A stretch of DNA of 64,000 bases from Firmicutes bacterium CAG:822 (GTDB lineage: Bacteria; Bacillota_I; Bacilli_A; RF39; UBA660), in contig HF990861.1 of the NCBI GenBank assembly GCA_000432855.1, positions 9,363 through 73,362 on the forward strand. Direction: 5' to 3'. The position numbers were made by a program, and so were the translations under genes. This document shows positions 47,551 to 55,617 of the stretch, piece by piece (the stretch's first letter is position 1; each line of letters opens with the position of its first letter). Under the pieces are notes generated by a model. It was not told where the DNA came from, did not search any database, and saw nothing but the letters and a program-made list of their open reading frames with translations.

Positions 47551-48360
47551 TCTATCTTCTTTATAATCCCTATTCATAATATTATCAAGTCTCTCCATAG
47601 ATAAATTTAAACCAAGTTTCTTATTAAATTCATCCATAAAACGTCTTGCTCGTTCATACCCTCTTTCAGGTATTGTTCTTCTTGAATATAAAAGTTTTAA
47701 AGCTACAAACTCCAACAATCTATCCCTCAAATAATTATCTAAATATTTATTGTTTGATGCCTTTTCAAGTTCAGAAAAATCTAATTTATCATAATGTTCA
47801 TCAATAAATAATTTAACTAAATTGTAAACGTCAATTTCATCCACAGATACATACTTCTCTATCTCATAATCCATATCAACTAAGCCCGTTTCCGCATCCG
47901 CACTCACCACAAAATCTTTATACTTAGAAAAATACTTATCATTCTCTGTTCTTTCAACTTTATAATATACCTTTTTACTTACACCTACAACTTTATCCAT
48001 ATCATAAATAGGATAATTTTTTTGGACATTTGATCTATATAAACCCTCAAGTAATTTTTGTTGATTATCAGTCAATCTAAAAAACAATTGTTTAATATCC
48101 ATAACATCAGATAACTCTTTAAACTTACTAAAATCACTAGTCATCTTTCCATCATAAAAATCAAACTCTCTTTCGGGAAACTTAATTTCATACCACGCAG
48201 CAAGCCTATCAATCATATCTTGCATTTCATCAATTCCAATAAAAAGTTCATACCCTTCATCAATCAAATGATTAAACATATATAAAAACTTCTTATTCTC
48301 ATTTAAATCATATAATTTTTCATCTTCACTATAAAAATTTTTCAATTCTTCTTTTGTCAT
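47524..48360 (-). CDS. retron-associated protein of unknown family (candidate effector), 278 aa
   Basis: ATG 48360 lies 13 nt after the RT stop, preceded by SD AGGGTGG. Begins MTKEELKNFYSEDEKLYDLNENKKFLYMFNHLIDEGYELF. No TM, P-loop, nuclease or protease motif was recognised. Confidence 0.6.
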   Translation of the reverse strand: MTKEELKNFYSEDEKLYDLNENKKFLYMFNHLIDEGYELFIGIDEMQDMIDRLAAWYEIKFPEREFDFYDGKMTSDFSKFKELSDVMDIKQLFFRLTDNQQKLLEGLYRSNVQKNYPIYDMDKVVGVSKKVYYKVERTENDKYFSKYKDFVVSADAETGLVDMDYEIEKYVSVDEIDVYNLVKLFIDEHYDKLDFSELEKASNNKYLDNYLRDRLLEFVALKLLYSRRTIPERGYERARRFMDEFNKKLGLNLSMERLDNIMNRDYKEDRSKVKIISL

Positions 48361-48373
48361 TCCAACCACCCTA

Positions 48374-49333
48374 CTATAAATTATTAAATATTTTTAAAAT
48401 AAACTCTCTATATTTAAAAAATTCTAAATCCTCGCTATTTACCATTAAAACAAAATTAATTTTTCCAAGTAAACTACGTAAATAACTAAATTCATCTTTT
48501 ACATTTATTCTCTTTAAATGTGAATAAAGTCCATATTTCTTTATATAATAAACTTCTTGTCTAATTTTCCTTCTTTTAACTTTTAAAACCTGCGGCTTCT
48601 CATTAACCGTAATCCCTGTGACTTGCTGGGACATATTACTATAAATAACATGAATCTTATCATAATTTAACTGCATTCCCATTTTCTTTAATTCATCTTT
48701 AACTTTGAATATAACCATTTTGACATTGAAATCACCAGAAAAAGTCATATCATCTGAATAACGAGTATAACTTATATTATTCTTTTCACAAAATAATCCA
48801 ATTTTTTCATCAAAATCCTGCATAATCAAATTAGAAATATAAGAAGAAGTTGGTGCACCTTGTGGTAAAAACTCATTATACGTACATAAATAAGTTAAAA
48901 CAGTTCTCGCTTGTTTAGGAAAATATTCTTCTAAAAATACCTTATTATAAACATCCATAAAACTAATATTATTAAAAAAATCTTTAATATCAAGTTTTAA
49001 TATAAGCTTTTTATTAACATGCATATTAGCATTATCTTTAACTGACTTTCCCTTAACATAAGCCATCGCATATTTTGAAACTTTAAAACCACTTAAAACA
49101 TTATCCAAAATATTTCGCTGTACCTTTTTTAAAGTATAATTAGGTTCATAAATAATTCTTTTATTACCATCTTTTTTTAAAATTACAGTTTTTTTATAAT
49201 TTTTTTCTATATTATTACTAAGTGTATAAAGTTTTCTTATTTTTTCTTTATCACTTAGTTTTTCATCAATTAAATTAAGAGATAACAAAAATTCATTAGC
49301 CATATCTTTTGTAACATTATCAAGCATTTTCAT
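48374..49333 (-). CDS. retron-type reverse transcriptase
   Basis: ~319 aa. Motifs DNANMH (NAxxH), LDIKDFFNNI, LPQGAPTSSYISN, YTRYSDDMTFSG (YxDD), VTGITVN. No extra fused domains. Start is at 49333 or 49327, after AAGAGGTG. Confidence 0.85.
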   Translation of the reverse strand: MKMLDNVTKDMANEFLLSLNLIDEKLSDKEKIRKLYTLSNNIEKNYKKTVILKKDGNKRIIYEPNYTLKKVQRNILDNVLSGFKVSKYAMAYVKGKSVKDNANMHVNKKLILKLDIKDFFNNISFMDVYNKVFLEEYFPKQARTVLTYLCTYNEFLPQGAPTSSYISNLIMQDFDEKIGLFCEKNNISYTRYSDDMTFSGDFNVKMVIFKVKDELKKMGMQLNYDKIHVIYSNMSQQVTGITVNEKPQVLKVKRRKIRQEVYYIKKYGLYSHLKRINVKDEFSYLRSLLGKINFVLMVNSEDLEFFKYREFILKIFNNL

Positions 49334-49344
49334 CACCTCTTAAA

Positions 49345-49535
49345 AAGAGCAATACCCAAGATATTGTAATATGAAAACGTGCATAAAGCGTAAGCGACTA
49401 CACGTAGTGTAGTTAAGCACGGTGGAATATTACAATCATAATGATTTAAATTCTATAATCATTATTGTAACACTTAATCTAGTCCCTTAGCGACTCGCTA
49501 AAGTATGAAATAATTTTCAAACCACTATTGCTCTT
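49345..49535 (-). ncRNA. retron msr/msd non-coding RNA
   Basis: A perfect 10-bp inverted repeat AAGAGCAATA (49535-49526) / TATTGCTCTT (49354-49345) brackets several hairpins. A G (49525) directly follows the 5' repeat. It lies between an extended -10 promoter and the RT gene. Confidence 0.7.
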
Positions 49536-49541
49536 ACACCG

Positions 49542-49552
49542 ATTATACCACA
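49542..49552 (-). promoter_or_regulatory. extended -10 promoter of the retron ncRNA/RT transcript
   Basis: TGTGGTATAAT read on the minus strand, immediately after the hsp20 terminator (49551-49576). The -35 is weak. Confidence 0.55.
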
Positions 49553-49587
49553 AAAAAAATGACTTAAAAAGCCATTTTAATTTATAA

Positions 49588-49968
49588 TTATTTAATCTCA
49601 ATTGATTTAGAAGCTTTTTCAATAGTATCCCTAGGTAAACATACTTTCAAAACACCATCTTTAAACTCAGCTGATACTTTACTCTCATCTATATCGCCAA
49701 CATAGAATTTACGTTCCATAGTTCCATAAAATCTCTCTTGGCGAATGTAATCTTTCTCTTCTTCATTTTCTTCAGAACTCTTAGAAGCTTTAATAGTTAA
49801 ATAACCATCATTATAATCAACTGTTACATCCTTCTTATCAAGTCCTGGCATATCAGCTTCAATAACATAATTTCCTTTATTTTCGTAAATATCACATTTC
49901 ATACTATCTGTTGGAGTAAAAATATCAAACATACTATCTAAATCAAATTTTCTTGGTAACATTCTCAT
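49588..49968 (-). CDS. Hsp20/alpha-crystallin family small heat-shock protein
   Basis: 126 aa. Alpha-crystallin domain pattern DIYENKGNYVIEADMPGLDKKDVTVDY...GVLKVCLPR. Confidence 0.85.
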   Translation of the reverse strand: MRMLPRKFDLDSMFDIFTPTDSMKCDIYENKGNYVIEADMPGLDKKDVTVDYNDGYLTIKASKSSEENEEEKDYIRQERFYGTMERKFYVGDIDESKVSAEFKDGVLKVCLPRDTIEKASKSIEIK

Positions 49969-50071
49969 TTTCCATCCTTCTTTCTTTTACAATTATGTTA
50001 TACCACTCTTTTTAGCACTTGTCAAGCGTAAGTGCTAAAAAATGACAAAATTTTTATAAAAAAAAAGATGA

Positions 50072-51712
50072 TTAAATAACCATCTTTACTCTCTCCATCA
50101 TTCTATCTTTTCCAAGCAATCTCATAATTTCATATAAATCAGGAGTATTTGATTTACTAGTTAAACTAACTCTAACAACTGTACTAAAATCCGCAATACT
50201 TCCTTTATAATTATCAGGATTTTCTTTATATTCTTTCATTTCACCCGCATATCCAAGTTCTATAGCAGCCTTTTTCATATTATCAAACCAAGTATTCTTA
50301 TCATCATTTTCATTATAATATTTATTCAAATAAACATCTAAAATATTTTTAATTTCGCACTTTTCAGTAACCTTCTGCCAATCATATTCTTTAGGTTCAA
50401 AAAGTTCATCATACATATACCAAATTTGATTTTTAACATCTCCAAAATATCCAATATCTTTACGAGGTTTTTTTTGTTCTCTTTCAATATTAAATATAGC
50501 TGTAGAATAATCTTTATATTTTTCTAAAAGTAATGCGAAATCTTCATCATAAGCCAAAGCCCACTCTAAAGTCATATCATATACTTCTGTAGCTTTAAGC
50601 GTGCTAATATAATTTTTAGAAATATTCATTAATTTTTCATAATCAAATAAACTTCCACCTGCAGGCATCTTTTTAAAATCTAAAACAAACTCTGATACAT
50701 CCTTATCCTTATTTTGATTCATCCACATTTCAAAATTAGAATTGGCAACCGTCTCTAAATAAAGCATAACCGCTTTGTTAGGAATACCTTTTTCATGATA
50801 ATAACTAATAGCCGCCTCAGGATCTTTTCTCTTACTAAGTTTTCTTTTAGTACCATTATCTTCAATTGTAATTGGCGAAATATGTGCATACTTTGGAACC
50901 TTAAAACCTAAATATTCAAATAACTGAACATGAACAGGTATAGAAGAAAGCCATTCATCACCTCTAATAACATGAGTCGTTCTCATCAAATGATCATCAA
51001 CCGCATGTGCAAAATGATATGTTGGAAGTCCATCAGATTTTATAATAACAATATCTTGATCATTTTCAGGAAGCTCCATCTTTCCTTTAATCTCGTCTTT
51101 AAACTTAAATCTATGATTAAAATTACCTTTAGATTTCAAACGAATAATATATTTTTCACCATTATCTATTTTTTCAAGTGCCTCTTCCATAGATAAATTA
51201 CGGCATCTAGCATAATATCCATAATAACCTATTCTCTCTTTATGTTTCTCTTGTCTTTCTCTATCTTCTTGTAAACTCTCTGGTGAACAAAAACAAGGAT
51301 AAGCCTTATCTTCTATAATTAATTTTTTAGCAAAAGCCTTATAAATGTCTCCTCTTTCACTTTGAGTATAAGGTCCATAATTACCTTTATCACCTTCTAA
51401 TGTAACACCTTCATCAAAAGTAATATCAAAATTAGCTAAATCAGTAATTATTTTTTTAACCCCATCTTCAATACTTCTCTTTTGATCAGTATCCTCTATT
51501 CTTAAAAAGAAAACACCATTGCTTTGTTTAGCCATTTTTCTAGCAATAAAAGCTGCATATAAAGCTCCTAAATGTATAAGACCTGTCGGACTAGGTGCAT
51601 ATCTTGTAACTATTGCTTTCTCATCTAAATCTCTCTCTGGATATAATTTTTCATAATATTCAAAATCATGTTCTGTTTTTAATAATCTATCTGCAAATTC
51701 TTTTCTATCCAT
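50072..51712 (-). CDS. gltX: glutamate--tRNA ligase (class I GluRS/GlnRS family, long form)
   Basis: 546 aa. Contains TRYAPSPTGLIHLGALY (HIGH-type), RIEDTDQKR, and KLSKRKD (KMSKS-type). Confidence 0.8.
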   Translation of the reverse strand: MDRKEFADRLLKTEHDFEYYEKLYPERDLDEKAIVTRYAPSPTGLIHLGALYAAFIARKMAKQSNGVFFLRIEDTDQKRSIEDGVKKIITDLANFDITFDEGVTLEGDKGNYGPYTQSERGDIYKAFAKKLIIEDKAYPCFCSPESLQEDRERQEKHKERIGYYGYYARCRNLSMEEALEKIDNGEKYIIRLKSKGNFNHRFKFKDEIKGKMELPENDQDIVIIKSDGLPTYHFAHAVDDHLMRTTHVIRGDEWLSSIPVHVQLFEYLGFKVPKYAHISPITIEDNGTKRKLSKRKDPEAAISYYHEKGIPNKAVMLYLETVANSNFEMWMNQNKDKDVSEFVLDFKKMPAGGSLFDYEKLMNISKNYISTLKATEVYDMTLEWALAYDEDFALLLEKYKDYSTAIFNIEREQKKPRKDIGYFGDVKNQIWYMYDELFEPKEYDWQKVTEKCEIKNILDVYLNKYYNENDDKNTWFDNMKKAAIELGYAGEMKEYKENPDNYKGSIADFSTVVRVSLTSKSNTPDLYEIMRLLGKDRMMERVKMVI

Positions 51713-51794
51713 AATATCCCTCTTTCTTTTAATATTATCTTATAAATAGCTTTAAAAATCAATGAAAAAAGAAAAAAAGCTCAATTTTTGAGCT

Positions 51795-53819
51795 TTATTC
51801 AGTAGTATCAGGTGTTTTATTTTCATCTGATTCCTCAGGACCACTAGGAGTAACTGGAGTTGAAGGTTCTCCACCACTACCAGGTGTTCCCGGAACTGTA
51901 TTTGAAATATCATCATCTTCTCCATCATCTGTAGTTGTATCACTAGTTGTATTATTATTTGATGAACTAGAACTACTAGATGAACTTGTATTTCCACCAG
52001 CAGTTATTGTAATTGATTTAACATCCTCAACATTAGCCCCAGATGGAACACTTTGACTAAGTACATATCCATTTCCACCTTTAACCGTTACACTAATGCC
52101 ATGTTGTGAACAGTAAGAACGTACATAACTTACAGTTTCACCAACAAAACTTGGAAGCTGAACTAAAGACCTAGTTCCAGTAATATCAGCTCCTATTACT
52201 TCTTTTTCATAAGGAGTATTAATATCAAAGCTAAATGATTTAACTACTTTAGTTTTCTTTAAACCTAAATTTTCCTTCATCGCATCTGATACTGCTTTAA
52301 CACTATCATCATATAAAACATAATTATAAAGTGATAAATTAGTTCCACCATAATCATATATTCTAGCATCATAACCATTTAATTTTAATCTTTGAATACC
52401 CAAAACATCAGCCATATCATCCATACCAGTACTCTTAGAAGCAATATCTTTAAATACATTATATAAAGATAAAATCTGATCAGTACTCATATTAGTAACC
52501 ATATTATTACTAATAGTATCCAATAATTTATAAACTGTATCTAAATCCTTAACATCCTTAAACTTATTAAGAAGAGCTGTTACAACCTCTTGTTGGTGCT
52601 CACCACGGATAAAATCATTACTTGTATAATTTGTCCATTTAGAAGAACATTTGCCAGGATTTGGATGTCGGTTACGAGCATAAGCTAAAGCTTGCTCACC
52701 ATTTAAAGTTTGTAAACCTTTTTCAATATAAATTGTATTAGAACCCCACTGACGTTTACTATTTTGTTCACACAAATTATATGGAACATCTATCTCAACT
52801 CCACCTAAAGTATCAACGAGTTGAACAACACCTGTAAAATTAATCTTAACATAATAATCTATTTTAATATCTAAGAAATTCTCAATTGTATTCATCATAC
52901 ATGTCTCGCCTTTCCAAGCCGCATGTGTAATCTTATTTTTTCTTTGACCAGAAAAACAAGCAATTGGAACGTAAGAATCTCTAGGAATGCTAAGTATAGT
53001 TGTACTTAAAGTTTTTGGGTTAAAAGTAATTACCATAAGTGAATCACCATTAAATGATCCATTCGCAATCCCCTCTGCATCTGAGTCCACACCCATAAGT
53101 AAAACTGTAAAAGGTTCAGTAATAGCTTTTGTATTTGTACTATCACTTTCTTCTTTTTCATTTTTTACCTTTTTAGTTTGAGTTAATAAAACCTTAGTCT
53201 CATCAGCAATGTCTTCATAACCCTCCATACTGCCAAACATAACAGTATAATTTGTTGGTAAAAATATATAATTAATCTCACCATCACGCAATGCATCAAT
53301 CATTGCAATATAACTATCATATTCTTTAGTTTTATTATTTAACTTTTGTTCTTTAATTACTTCCTCTGGAATTATATTTCCTTCATAACTAGTAGTATCA
53401 TTTAAAATACCAAGTTCTGAATCACCTATATCTTTAATACTTTCAGCTTCATTATCTTTCAAAGTCACTAAACTAGAAGAATAAGTTGTATATCCAGAAG
53501 TATCACTTACTTTAGATAAAGCACCATAAACCTTATCAACATTGTAAGCCGCAAAAATACCAACTCCACCAATTAACAACATTAAAATAATAACTATTGA
53601 AAGTTTAATTTTTTTAAATTTATTTAAAAATCTGATACTCAAAATAAATAACAGTAAACTTATTATTCCAAGTACAATCGATCCAATAAGTCTTAAATTA
53701 TTTTCTACATTACTTAATTTAGAAATAGATAAAACAAAATATCCTACTCCTCCAAACAACACTAAAATACTTATTAAAGTGAGTATAAACGCAACCTTGT
53801 GCTTAGTAAGCTTCTTCAT
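51795..53819 (-). CDS. LytR-CpsA-Psr (LCP) family protein with a C-terminal PASTA-like domain and low-complexity tail
   Basis: N-terminal TMs. LCP core LLMGVDS...GDSLMVITFNPKTLSTTILSIPRDSYV...LVDTLGGVEIDVP. PASTA-like segment LPSFVGETVSYVRSYCSQHGISVTVKGGNGYVLSQSVPSGANV. Ser/Thr/Asp/Pro-rich tail. Confidence 0.8.
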   Translation of the reverse strand: MKKLTKHKVAFILTLISILVLFGGVGYFVLSISKLSNVENNLRLIGSIVLGIISLLLFILSIRFLNKFKKIKLSIVIILMLLIGGVGIFAAYNVDKVYGALSKVSDTSGYTTYSSSLVTLKDNEAESIKDIGDSELGILNDTTSYEGNIIPEEVIKEQKLNNKTKEYDSYIAMIDALRDGEINYIFLPTNYTVMFGSMEGYEDIADETKVLLTQTKKVKNEKEESDSTNTKAITEPFTVLLMGVDSDAEGIANGSFNGDSLMVITFNPKTLSTTILSIPRDSYVPIACFSGQRKNKITHAAWKGETCMMNTIENFLDIKIDYYVKINFTGVVQLVDTLGGVEIDVPYNLCEQNSKRQWGSNTIYIEKGLQTLNGEQALAYARNRHPNPGKCSSKWTNYTSNDFIRGEHQQEVVTALLNKFKDVKDLDTVYKLLDTISNNMVTNMSTDQILSLYNVFKDIASKSTGMDDMADVLGIQRLKLNGYDARIYDYGGTNLSLYNYVLYDDSVKAVSDAMKENLGLKKTKVVKSFSFDINTPYEKEVIGADITGTRSLVQLPSFVGETVSYVRSYCSQHGISVTVKGGNGYVLSQSVPSGANVEDVKSITITAGGNTSSSSSSSSSNNNTTSDTTTDDGEDDDISNTVPGTPGSGGEPSTPVTPSGPEESDENKTPDTTE

Positions 53820-53937
53820 ACAAAACCTCCTTGCGTACTATATAAGTATAACTTATATTTCAAATTTTAACAAGAGTTCCAACTAATTTTTGAAAAAAAA
53901 ATAAAAGCTCTTAACAAGGAGCTTTCAAAAACATAAT

Positions 53938-54011
53938 TGGAGGGCCTAGTCGGATTTGAACCAACGATCAGGGAGTTGCAGTCCCATGCCTTACCACTTG
54001 GCTATAGACCC
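53938..54011 (-). tRNA. tRNA-Cys (anticodon GCA), copy B, CCA encoded
   Basis: The D-arm and anticodon arm are identical to copy A. Acceptor GGGTCTA/TAGGCCC and T-stem GTTGG/CCGAC differ from copy A by paired changes. Discriminator T73. Confidence 0.85.
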
Positions 54012-54216
54012 GGTTAAAAGGTTGAATTGTAAGAGAATTACTAGAAGTTTCAATAAATAAAACCTCGACGGTTTCAACCAGACCGTAGCACTGTGCACCA
54101 TTAAAAATGGCTTTCATTGAATTTGCAACAGTACATACCATAGAAACAGGCAAAGTAAAATTCCTATGACACATACTTAGCAATATCATTTTATTATATT
54201 TTATGAAACTTGTCAA
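54012..54216 (-). other. consensus promoter plus a ~170-nt structured leader of unknown function upstream of tRNA-Cys copy B
   Basis: TTGACA (54216-54211), 17-nt spacer, TAAAAT (54193-54188). The leader contains hairpins GTCATAGGAA/TTTCTATGGT, GTACTGTTGCA/TGCACAGTGC enclosing CCATT-TTT-AATGG, and mutually exclusive ACGGT/ACCGT versus AAACC/GGTTT followed by a T-run. Confidence 0.35.
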
Positions 54217-54222
54217 TAAATG

Positions 54223-55578
54223 TCAGCTTTTTACATTAATTTTTTGATTTCTATAATTTTCTTGCAAACTTAAAGTGTCAATAACCATTAAAGGTAATTG
54301 CGCTTTTTTAGATAAATTAAGAGCTTTCTTATAAATGTCCTCATTACCCTTTCGCACCCATACACCAATCGGCAAAATTTCTTTATTATCATCCATAAAC
54401 ACTATTTCATTATAACCAATTCCAAAAGGCATTCTTTTATCACTAATTAAACCATTCTTTAATGCTTTTTGATAATTTTCTTTAAGAACCATATCCGGTG
54501 TTAAAAGTTTTGTATAATTAGGATACCTATATACCATTGTTTTATCACCGAAATATGTCAAAGGTCTATTACAAAAATTATATTCAAGACCATTTAATAA
54601 TAATTTATTTGACCAAGTTTCTATATCTCTAATAAATTCATCCTTCGTTATAAAATAACTATATGCATCACTTGCACTTATCATATCACATTTATCCATA
54701 TACATTGGATATAAATAACCATAATCACCAATAATCGTAATATAGCGTTCATCAAAATAGCACGCACAAATCTTATCAGCTTCGTCAGGTAAAAACTCAC
54801 CTTTGGTAAATCCATGCGCCAAGCCACAAAATCTATCGGATAATAATCGATCATTCCAAATTTTTTCAGTATATGTAGATAAACTATTTTCAATAATCAA
54901 AAGGTTTTTATAATAGCTTTCTAATACTTCATAAACCATTTTCTGATATTCAAAATCACCTTTCATTACTAAATTAGGAAACTCGCTAATATATTCACAC
55001 AAAACCTCACAAAATTTTTCAAATCTATCCCTTATATCTTCTGAAATATTATCATCGTTGATAATCTCTAACATCTTACTGGTTGTATAAGTTATCCGGT
55101 GTTTTAAATAATACTCATCACCATAAAATGGCTTTATATCTGCATCCAACAACTGACATTTTATTAAATTAACTTTATCTAATAATTCTACCATATTAAC
55201 TTCTAAATGATAGTCCAAAGGCACATTATCACAAAAATATTTGCTAAACACGTCTTTCAAATATTCTTTAAACAATTCTTCTGATCCATCGTTCACATTA
55301 ATCGGATAAACCTTATAATCATCACTAATTCCTTCTTTAAAGTTCAAATATGTTAAAAAGCAATATTTTAAAGATGATAGCATATCAAAACATACATATC
55401 CACAAACATTATCAGTACTTTTAGTCCGCACATGAATAAAATAATTTGATATTATGTCACAAATACGATCTAAATCAATAATCGATCTATTTCTTACACA
55501 TTTTTCTACAAATATTCTATCATCATCCAATAAAAATTTACCATTTAAAATAATTTGTAATACATCTAATATTTCCAT
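54223..55578 (-). CDS. hypothetical Cys-rich cytoplasmic protein, 451 aa
   Basis: Long ORF directly downstream of pheT. No family recognised. Confidence 0.5.
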   Translation of the reverse strand: MEILDVLQIILNGKFLLDDDRIFVEKCVRNRSIIDLDRICDIISNYFIHVRTKSTDNVCGYVCFDMLSSLKYCFLTYLNFKEGISDDYKVYPINVNDGSEELFKEYLKDVFSKYFCDNVPLDYHLEVNMVELLDKVNLIKCQLLDADIKPFYGDEYYLKHRITYTTSKMLEIINDDNISEDIRDRFEKFCEVLCEYISEFPNLVMKGDFEYQKMVYEVLESYYKNLLIIENSLSTYTEKIWNDRLLSDRFCGLAHGFTKGEFLPDEADKICACYFDERYITIIGDYGYLYPMYMDKCDMISASDAYSYFITKDEFIRDIETWSNKLLLNGLEYNFCNRPLTYFGDKTMVYRYPNYTKLLTPDMVLKENYQKALKNGLISDKRMPFGIGYNEIVFMDDNKEILPIGVWVRKGNEDIYKKALNLSKKAQLPLMVIDTLSLQENYRNQKINVKS

Positions 55579-55617
55579 ATATACTCCTATGCGAAAAAAC
55601 AGTAAGAATGTATCCTA

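Noticed and set aside
51752-51997. Track ORF of 81 aa overlapping the 3' end of the LCP gene
   Set aside because: It is an alternative frame of the low-complexity Ser/Thr/Asp tail region and extends through the terminator. It is spurious.
54012-54190. The leader upstream of tRNA-Cys copy B as a Cys T-box riboswitch
   Set aside because: There is no match to the T-box consensus (AAnnnGGGTGGTACCGCG), which is clearly present in the pheS leader for comparison. There is no UGGA that could pair with the U73-CCA end. No AGAGA/GNUGGNA stem I elements are present. It is kept only as an unassigned structured leader.
53968-54216. Track ORF of 82 aa on the minus strand
   Set aside because: It runs into the tRNA-Cys copy B gene body and across the structured leader, and its start sits on the promoter. 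It is spurious.
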